Assembly: GCA_017961115.1 (NCBI GenBank)
Contig: JAGCXX010000080.1
Coordinates: 1,166 to 65,165 of the forward strand
Direction of reading: 5' to 3'
Source of the DNA: Prevotella sp.
GTDB taxonomy: Bacteria; Bacteroidota; Bacteroidia; Bacteroidales; Bacteroidaceae
Length of the DNA stretch: 64,000 nucleotides
In this document: positions 35,266 through 42,424 of the stretch, piece after piece
Numbering within the stretch: the first letter of the stretch is position 1
Layout of the letters: every line of letters begins with the position of its first letter
Notes under the pieces: generated by a model
Told to the model about the DNA's origin: nothing
What the model saw: the letters and a program-made list of their open reading frames with translations, nothing else
Databases searched by the model: none
Made by a program: the position numbers and the translations under genes

Positions 35266-35844
35266 TCAAATATTATGCGTTTTTTTTGAATTGTAAATGT
35301 CTATGGGGGCCACCACCTTTTGGTCAAGGTTGATGCCTCGCTGTTTGAGCTTTTTCTTCAGTCCGGTGATGTGATAGTCAGAAACCGTCCTGTATTTGCA
35401 TAGCTCAACATGAAACTGGGACTTGTAGATGTGGTGAATCAGTTCCGAACAATAATACCGGTCGTTGTCTGGCTTAAATGAAGTGTCATAGGGGCGTCCG
35501 AGCAAACCTTTGTAACTTACTTTGATGGGTTCATCGTAGACTCGCTTTGCCCACCATTGCTTGCCTTTGCCTCGGTTGATGAACTCTTGTAGGGGGGTCA
35601 GTTTCAGTGTGCCAGTAGCTTCAAGCACATACAGGCCATCAGGTTTTTCGATGATGATGCCGCAATGGCTCAATACCGACATCGTGGCATATTGTATCAA
35701 TGGCGACTGCTCAGACTTTGACGTATGGAAGATGATGTCGCCTTCCTTCAATTTGTCTGCAGATGTCTGTCCTGAGCAGTATTTGATGCCAAGAAAAGAC
35801 ACCACAATGATTAAAAGTATTCCAGAAACCTTTTTCTTTTTCAT
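35266..35844 (-). CDS. Permuted papain-like NlpC/P60 hydrolase (YiiX/YebB family)
   Basis: LKEGDIIF, LSHCGII, VLEA, LGRPYD, YYCSELI; N-terminal anchor. Confidence 0.88.
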   Translation of the reverse strand: MKKKKVSGILLIIVVSFLGIKYCSGQTSADKLKEGDIIFHTSKSEQSPLIQYATMSVLSHCGIIIEKPDGLYVLEATGTLKLTPLQEFINRGKGKQWWAKRVYDEPIKVSYKGLLGRPYDTSFKPDNDRYYCSELIHHIYKSQFHVELCKYRTVSDYHITGLKKKLKQRGINLDQKVVAPIDIYNSKKTHNI

Positions 35845-35864
35845 TTTAGTTATGTTTAAATGCC

Positions 35865-36380
35865 TTATTTTTCCAAGTCCTTGATAGGATTGATGAAGAA
35901 GAGAAGTTTTTTTGGATCCCAATGCCCGTCACCCTGCGGGATGATGGAGGATATGCTGTAGTGCAGGTGTGGGGGCTTCCCCGCCGCATTGCCTGTGTCT
36001 CCCACCTTGCCGATGACAGACTTTGTGGTGACGATGGCACCGACATGCGTGTCAATCTCACTCATGTGGGCATAGTAGTGAAGACGCAGTTTCGAACTGA
36101 ATATCAACACGATGTTTCCGCCAATGCCATAATCATGCGCAGCAGCGATAACTATTCCGCCTATGGCGGGATGGACTGGGGTTCCCTTTTTGGCAAAGAT
36201 GTCTATGCCGCGATGGTTGTGGTCGCCCCAAGGGTGCCAGAACGATTTAGGATTGTAACTCTCTTTGCCGCAGCCCTCCACCGGGTTTTGGATTTCGGCG
36301 GGAAGCAGCCAGTCTACAACAATCAAAATCACTACGACAGCCAGTATGATTTTCAGCCACTTTTTGATTATTCTTATCAT
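35865..36380 (-). CDS. M23-family metallopeptidase
   Basis: HRGIDIFA (HxxxD), YYAHM, IGKVGDTGNA, PHLHY. Confidence 0.92.
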   Translation of the reverse strand: MIRIIKKWLKIILAVVVILIVVDWLLPAEIQNPVEGCGKESYNPKSFWHPWGDHNHRGIDIFAKKGTPVHPAIGGIVIAAAHDYGIGGNIVLIFSSKLRLHYYAHMSEIDTHVGAIVTTKSVIGKVGDTGNAAGKPPHLHYSISSIIPQGDGHWDPKKLLFFINPIKDLEK

Positions 36381-36540
36381 AATACAGATTTGTTATGGTT
36401 TTATTTTTGACGACCTTCTGTCGCACTATGGTTTCTATCAATTATATAGAGTCTTCAATTACTCAAAACTATCACTGGGTGAAAGTTGTTGATTTTTAGG
36501 GTGTTATACAAATGGATTTTTTTTGGCGAATGACGGTTCC

Positions 36541-37233
36541 TCAGGCGACGAGGGGCAAATCATTAAGATTCGCCTCCTCTTTCATCATACTCATCATCTT
36601 CCTCAATATTCTATTTTTCTTACTCTTCACACTATCACCATTCTTATAACCTATCCTCTTAGCTATCTCATCCATCCTACATCCTTCCACATAATAACAC
36701 TCCAAAATCATTCTATCCACATCCTTCAACCTCTTCCATACCTTTTCCAACTTCTTATACTTCACTTCCTCATCTTCTTTCTCAGCCAATATATCAAACA
36801 TCTCCTCCAAACCATTCACATCTTCATCCACTCCTCCAAACCTATTCTCCATCATCCACTCCAAACTCATCACATCATTTCTCACCTTCCTCAAATAATG
36901 CATCCCAATATTCCTGCAAACCTTCACCAAATATCCTACCATACATTCTTCCCGCAACTCAAAATCCTTATCCATCATCTTTCCCCACAACACCAAACAT
37001 CCATCATCATACACCTCCTCCAAATCTTCAAACCTCAAACCACCAAACATCACACCCAACTTCAACAACACATTTTTCCTTTCCTTTTCCACCAACTGAT
37101 TGAAATAAAATTTTCTCACAAAGAGAAATCCTTTTTTCTTTTCATCCAGAGTCTGTCCCATTACTCCTTCCTGAGACAGAATTTCAACTTCATTTTTTTC
37201 ATTAACTCTAATTACAACCTTCCTTTTTCTCAT
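36541..37233 (-). CDS. Sigma-70/ECF-like RNA polymerase sigma factor with a cytosine-depleted coding strand
   Basis: Region-2-like EDLEEVYDDGCLVLW...GYLVKVCRNIGMHYLRK; region-4 HTH RLKDVDRMILECYYVEGCRMDEIAKRIGYKNGDSVKSKKNRILRKM; upstream -7 box. Confidence 0.82.
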   Translation of the reverse strand: MRKRKVVIRVNEKNEVEILSQEGVMGQTLDEKKKGFLFVRKFYFNQLVEKERKNVLLKLGVMFGGLRFEDLEEVYDDGCLVLWGKMMDKDFELREECMVGYLVKVCRNIGMHYLRKVRNDVMSLEWMMENRFGGVDEDVNGLEEMFDILAEKEDEEVKYKKLEKVWKRLKDVDRMILECYYVEGCRMDEIAKRIGYKNGDSVKSKKNRILRKMMSMMKEEANLNDLPLVA

Positions 37234-37254
37234 AGTTTTTAGTTTTATCCGTTA

Positions 37255-37262
37255 CAAAGATA
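37255..37262 (-). promoter_or_regulatory. -7 promoter box (TATCTTTG) for the sigma-like gene
   Basis: caaagata on + strand, 21 nt upstream of the ATG. Confidence 0.65.
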
Positions 37263-37555
37263 ACACCGATTTAAATAATTGATACATTTTTGGCATGGTT
37301 CTGTATGAACACCCACTTTTAATGTATGAAACATATGAAACCATAATAAAAATGGATAAAAAAGTAGGTAATTTCTTACCTTCAGCGCGAAGCGATAACT
37401 TCTTTAACTACTTAAATAGATTACTTTATTGGGAATTTTGGTATAAATAATTGGTTGTTTTTGAGAAAAAAGCAAAAATAACGTCTATTTTAGGGTGTGA
37501 AGGCGTGTTTTTAATAAAAAAGAAGATAATTTTGCTGATAGAAAAATGAAAAGAG

Positions 37556-37996
37556 ATGGAAGATAAACAAAACCAATTGGAACAGATGAAAGAAGAGGCC
37601 CGCAGACGCAATTTGCTTCGTTTTGTCCATGCTCAGGACAGCGGTGGCATCTACGATGGAACGACCACTTATGTCGAAGCTCTGGCGGAGGTACGGGCAG
37701 GGCATAAACGCGGGCATTGGATGTGGTATGTGTTTCCGCAGATGAAAGGACTGGGGCATACTGAGATAGCTGAGTTTTATGGCATTAACGGGCGCGAGGA
37801 GGCATACGCCTACATTGCCCATCCCATTCTCCGGGAACGGCTGGTGGAGATAACTGAGGCGGTGCTCAACAATGAGCATTCCGCCTACAGTATCTTTGGC
37901 GACGATATCATCAAGTTTCGTGCCTGTATGTTGCTGTTCGCCTCTGTTTCGGATATTCCTGTATTCAAGCAAGTCCTCAGTGAATATCGCTGGTAG
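37556..37996 (+). CDS. DUF1810-family protein
   Basis: LLRFVHAQ, YVEALAEVRAGHKRGHWMWYVFPQMKGLG, HPILRERL. Confidence 0.9.
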   Translation: MEDKQNQLEQMKEEARRRNLLRFVHAQDSGGIYDGTTTYVEALAEVRAGHKRGHWMWYVFPQMKGLGHTEIAEFYGINGREEAYAYIAHPILRERLVEITEAVLNNEHSAYSIFGDDIIKFRACMLLFASVSDIPVFKQVLSEYRW

Positions 37997-38100
37997 GCAA
38001 TTGGTTCGCCAATAGGTGCATTGGCAAACTTCTACGTAACATAAAAACTGGGACTCCAAGAATGATGGAGAATGCTCCACCACTACACAACGAAATGGAG

Positions 38101-39279
38101 TTAATGGTAGAGCTCTCTGATGACAGCGTTAATCCTATTGGCTACACGGCTTGAGGCAAGGTTCTGACAGGGTATGCCACGCCTCTTCTTATGTGAATAC
38201 TTCATTACATAGAAAGGTTCGCCAACATCGTCTGTTGTCTGTCCCATGAACATTCCTTCACTGACAAGAAAGTATTGATGGCCTTCATCGACGAGTGTGT
38301 TGTGCAATTCGGGAATCATATCATTGACTCGTTTGATGACACTTGTGATTGTCGGAATGCAGCGGTCGACATCTTTGATTTTTACGTAAAAAGACGTGCT
38401 GGCATCATTGATTTTGAATCTCATCAGAAAATTGCCATCCATTGATGGCATAGATTGCCAGCTGAAAAAACTGGTGTGATATTTCGGGAAGCTTTGCTCT
38501 ACCGTCACGCTGAAATTGTCATGAAACTCTATTGTGTTGATGAGTGTCTCCAACTTCAACTGCTTAATCTGGATGAGATGACGTATCTTCTCTTGTTCTC
38601 GTTTCTGCTCCTCTCTTTGGCGGTCACGCTCATCACGCATTTGCTTGCACCCGTCAACGTAGTCGGTAAAGTCGTTATACCACTGTTCCATTGGGGGATC
38701 CATGTGCAGGGTTCGACACTCTTCTAAGATTTCTGCTTCCGTGTTCTTGTTCTCCCAATAGGGGTTGTCGTTGTCGAGACACATTTTGCACGCTTGCAGG
38801 TTGTAGTATTTGATACGGAAAAGCTCAATCTTTTTCTTGTCGTCAAGCTTCCAGTCTGACATCCAGTCAGAACGGAACTGCCGCAACGCCGATTTCAACC
38901 GCTCCCCAATCTTGGCTTTCTCCTTGCGCAACTTGTCGTCAGCAACCCAGATGTGACGCCATTTGGGGATGTCACGCTCCAGGGCGAGGATGAACTCAGA
39001 CAACTGGTGGAGGTCGCATGAGGTGAGGTCGTGGAACGTCATATGGTAATCACTGTTGTAGGCGATGCCCATGCTCGACAGGTCGCTTTTTATGGTGACC
39101 GAAACATTATAGTATATTGCATGCACACATGTGTTGTCTGTTTTGACCTGTATCGGTTGGGTCACTTTTCGGTGAAGGGTTGCGATCAGGTCTGCGGCGG
39201 TATGATTGGACTGTACAGACCTGTCTTGAACTGTCTCGTCAAACAGTCTCTGAACATTTTCCGAGAATTCTTTTATCAT
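38101..39279 (-). CDS. Hypothetical protein (392 aa, central coiled coil)
   Basis: Long ORF 14 nt downstream of the vWA gene; no motif recognised. Confidence 0.75.
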   Translation of the reverse strand: MIKEFSENVQRLFDETVQDRSVQSNHTAADLIATLHRKVTQPIQVKTDNTCVHAIYYNVSVTIKSDLSSMGIAYNSDYHMTFHDLTSCDLHQLSEFILALERDIPKWRHIWVADDKLRKEKAKIGERLKSALRQFRSDWMSDWKLDDKKKIELFRIKYYNLQACKMCLDNDNPYWENKNTEAEILEECRTLHMDPPMEQWYNDFTDYVDGCKQMRDERDRQREEQKREQEKIRHLIQIKQLKLETLINTIEFHDNFSVTVEQSFPKYHTSFFSWQSMPSMDGNFLMRFKINDASTSFYVKIKDVDRCIPTITSVIKRVNDMIPELHNTLVDEGHQYFLVSEGMFMGQTTDDVGEPFYVMKYSHKKRRGIPCQNLASSRVANRINAVIRELYH

Positions 39280-39293
39280 ATGGTTGGGATTCT

Positions 39294-40454
39294 TTATGGG
39301 TTTTCAATGACACATACTCTGCCACTTTGGCTCATCCAACATTCATGCTCTTTCAACTCCTTTTCGGAGCGGAGCACCCAGCACAGAGGTGTGCGCATGC
39401 TGGCAGGTATGGATGGTTGCGGAGCATAGCCATCAGTGTAGATAATAGCACCGTCGTATTCGGGATGACTTGCCACAAAGTCGATGAAGGGTTGGAAACA
39501 TGTGCCACCACGTCCGGTTACCCTTATTTCCTCCGCCGCTTTGAGCAGTGTCTCTACCTCGCCCAAATCTGTGTCAAACTGTACGACGTCAATCTGCTGT
39601 ATTCCATATTGGAAGAAGCGGTTGATGGTGGAGTAGAAGTTTCTGAGGTCATCTTTTGTGATACTTCCACTACTGTCCACACCGATAATCAAGTGCGTTG
39701 TGAAATCGTAGCGGCTGCCCATAGCTTCAAAGCCAGAGCGGCGGTTGGGACGCATGCGGGTAAGCCTGCGCTTTTCAGACAGAATGGTCGCCCGGAATCC
39801 AGCCAGAATCTTGCGATAATCAACTCGTGCCTTGGTCGACGCTATTATCTCCTCAACCAAATTACCTGGCAGAGAACCCCATGAATTGACATCACGGATG
39901 ACTTCGTTGACCTGTGCTGCCATCAGTTCGTCTTGTTGCCAGTTTGCGGCGATGTCAGCATACTCCTTGCCGAAAGTGTCTTCACTGCCTTCGTCTTGAT
40001 TTGGGGAATTATCCTCGGAGTTTTCGCCTTGCTGACCCTGTCCGTCCATTTTCTGGAGAAGTTTCTGTATGCAGCGGGCATAGAACTCGAAGTGCCCATT
40101 AGGTGGTAGCTTGAAGTCTGAAGGTCGCTCTATCTCTACCTTCTGAAGTTGATAGGAATCGCCAATGACGCAGTTGCTGCCAAGGGCTCTTGCCGTTATG
40201 CTGCAACCATCAGGCTGGCGGTCGTAGGGATGCTTCAACAATATACGGATGACCTCTATACGAAGCCGCTCCTCCAATTCTTTGTCGCTGATGTCTGCAC
40301 ACAAGTCTGGGTTGACCTCAATGATGCCCTTTCCTACACGGACATGGCATGCTATGCTGCTGTTTTCCGCAACCCGATGGGTGCAGAAAACAGAGAACAG
40401 GGCTTCCTCACTGAGAAACCAGCGTTCGGTTATCCTTGATATTCGTTCCAACAT
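39294..40454 (-). CDS. DUF2201-like protein: degenerate metallopeptidase-like N-domain plus vWA domain
   Basis: MIDAS GVDSSGS, GRGGTCF, IIYTDG; RPNRR linker; IEVIRILLKH at the usual HExxH position. Confidence 0.85.
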   Translation of the reverse strand: MLERISRITERWFLSEEALFSVFCTHRVAENSSIACHVRVGKGIIEVNPDLCADISDKELEERLRIEVIRILLKHPYDRQPDGCSITARALGSNCVIGDSYQLQKVEIERPSDFKLPPNGHFEFYARCIQKLLQKMDGQGQQGENSEDNSPNQDEGSEDTFGKEYADIAANWQQDELMAAQVNEVIRDVNSWGSLPGNLVEEIIASTKARVDYRKILAGFRATILSEKRRLTRMRPNRRSGFEAMGSRYDFTTHLIIGVDSSGSITKDDLRNFYSTINRFFQYGIQQIDVVQFDTDLGEVETLLKAAEEIRVTGRGGTCFQPFIDFVASHPEYDGAIIYTDGYAPQPSIPASMRTPLCWVLRSEKELKEHECWMSQSGRVCVIENP

Positions 40455-40501
40455 ACTATAATCGGTTAGTTGTGGGAGTTGATGTTGATGAAAGGGGAGA
40501 A

Positions 40502-41599
40502 TCAGAGTTTCTCCACAAACTCAGTGAGCATGTCGTACACCTCTGTAGCATTGACGACCATGAAGACGATAGCCTGGTCATACGTGCCCTTCTCGAAGAT
40601 GCTTGTGAAGTTGGCGAGGGCTTCCTTCTTCTTGTTCGTGCGAAGGAAGTCAATGTACTGACCGAGATTCTTTGCCGCAAGTTTCTTCTCACGCTCATTG
40701 AGCTTGGCGTTTTGAAGGAAGCGGAACACAGACTCGTTGAGGATGGCAAACTCATGAAGCTGATAATTCTCGACAGTCTTCATCGTCTTGCTGAATTTCA
40801 GCAGAAGTTCTTTGCCCGTGATGGCATTGTGCTGCTGAACACTGCGGATGAAGGCAGCTGCAGCGCCTGCTCCCACTATACCGGCGATGATGCGCTTGTG
40901 GATGTCTTTGATCGTGTCAACCTTGAGCATGATGTCAGACACATTCTTCCATGCACGGCGGTCAGCGCTCTTGTCGAGCCCTTGATAGTCGCGTTTCCTG
41001 TCATCGCTGTCACCGTCAAGCCAAGTAGGATTGTCCTGAATGAAGTTGATGACACGCTCGTCGATTCCCTGTGCTACAGCCCAGTTGAGCCATTCCTCCA
41101 CGGTAGGCTTGAATTCATAGATGTTGAAGCGGCTGACCAATGCAGGGTCAAGGTCGGTGAGCTGATATTCGTTGCCGTCGTTTACGGCTGATATCACATG
41201 ACTGCCTTCGGGAAGGGCCTTGCCTGCCAACTTGCGGTTGAGGGTAAGGTCCATCACAGTCTGAAGAATCTCGGGTCGCGCTCGGTTCAACTCGTCGAGG
41301 AAGAGGACGATAGGCTTGCCGTCCACCGGGAACCAGTAGGGTGGGGTGAAATCTGTCTGTGAGGTCACGTTGCCGTCAGCGTCCTTCTTCTCAACCCTGG
41401 AAGGAAGGCCGATGATGTCGCCTGGGTCGGACATCTGTCCGAGAAACAAAGTGACTACTTTCATGCCCTTGCTTTTGAAATAGCTGGTGAGGATTTCAGA
41501 CTTCCCGATGCCATGCTTGCCTACGAGCATGATGTTCTGTGTTGAAGGGGTGAGCTCCAATGTATCCTTGAGTTCCGAAATATTAATCATTACTGACAT
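40502..41599 (-). CDS. MoxR/dynein-related AAA ATPase
   Basis: Walker A GKHGIGKS, Walker B VLFLDELNR, LDPALVSRF. Confidence 0.9.
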   Translation of the reverse strand: MSVMINISELKDTLELTPSTQNIMLVGKHGIGKSEILTSYFKSKGMKVVTLFLGQMSDPGDIIGLPSRVEKKDADGNVTSQTDFTPPYWFPVDGKPIVLFLDELNRARPEILQTVMDLTLNRKLAGKALPEGSHVISAVNDGNEYQLTDLDPALVSRFNIYEFKPTVEEWLNWAVAQGIDERVINFIQDNPTWLDGDSDDRKRDYQGLDKSADRRAWKNVSDIMLKVDTIKDIHKRIIAGIVGAGAAAAFIRSVQQHNAITGKELLLKFSKTMKTVENYQLHEFAILNESVFRFLQNAKLNEREKKLAAKNLGQYIDFLRTNKKKEALANFTSIFEKGTYDQAIVFMVVNATEVYDMLTEFVEKL

Positions 41600-41613
41600 A
41601 TGGCAAATGTATT

Positions 41614-42339
41614 TTAGTGATAAATAAAGTAATTGGTTATTGTGCTTTTGCTGTGTGTTTCGATAATCTGTTTAAGACTCTCAACCTGTTTTGGAAGGCG
41701 TTCTCGGTACGAACCCCACCAGGCATCGAGATATACTCCAAGATGTGAGTCGGGAATCTTCACCTTGATTCTCACTCGTCGTTCCTGTTCAACGAACTCA
41801 TACTTGACTTGAGGGTGGTCCTTCATCGCTTCAGTGAATATAGCGCGGATGGCGATGGTGGCCAAACGTCTGCTCTTTGTTTTCTTGCAGACTTCGTCCA
41901 GCAAAGTATCCCACTCCTTCATATATTTGTCGAGATTCTGCTTCTGGCGTATCATCCAAAGGGCTACATCTTCTGCTTGGTATGACTTCAGGTAAATTCT
42001 GGTCGTATTCTTCTCATTAATGGTGACTTGCAGGGTTAAATAGTACATCTCTGCATAGAGTGTGCATCCGGGTGACAACTTGACGATAAGCTTCTGAGTG
42101 AAGTTCTTTTTGCTATTGATTGTCTTCAGTTGAAAATCATTTTTGTCAATGACACCGTTGCCGATAAGATTTATGTAGACATCAGAGGGTGATGGCCCTG
42201 TCTTGATGGAAGTACACTCATTGGTGAGGTCGTTCTCCATGTTCATCATCAGGAAGAGGTCAAGAGCATCGGCAATGCTTTTCCCTCCTTCCAATGCTAT
42301 GCGGATGCGGTCGCTTATTTGTTTTCTATTATATTCCAT
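41614..42339 (-). CDS. Hypothetical protein (241 aa)
   Basis: Long ORF ending 14 nt before the MoxR-like start. Confidence 0.75.
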   Translation of the reverse strand: MEYNRKQISDRIRIALEGGKSIADALDLFLMMNMENDLTNECTSIKTGPSPSDVYINLIGNGVIDKNDFQLKTINSKKNFTQKLIVKLSPGCTLYAEMYYLTLQVTINEKNTTRIYLKSYQAEDVALWMIRQKQNLDKYMKEWDTLLDEVCKKTKSRRLATIAIRAIFTEAMKDHPQVKYEFVEQERRVRIKVKIPDSHLGVYLDAWWGSYRERLPKQVESLKQIIETHSKSTITNYFIYH

Positions 42340-42424
42340 GTTGGTATTGTATTGATTTTTAATTCAAGTTTCGTATATGCTCAACGTTCAAGTAGTTAAG
42401 CAGTTAAAGTAGTTGTCGTTTCGA

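Noticed and set aside
36523-37242. 239-aa His/Leu/Ile/Pro-rich ORF on the + strand
   Set aside because: Antisense shadow of the C-less gene. A G-less strand cannot form TAG or TGA, and the lack of TTA codons opposite removes in-frame TAA.
37352-37450. 32-codon ORF (MDKKVGNFLPSARS...) between the sigma-like gene and DUF1810
   Set aside because: Short and AT-rich with no supporting motif; cannot be distinguished from chance
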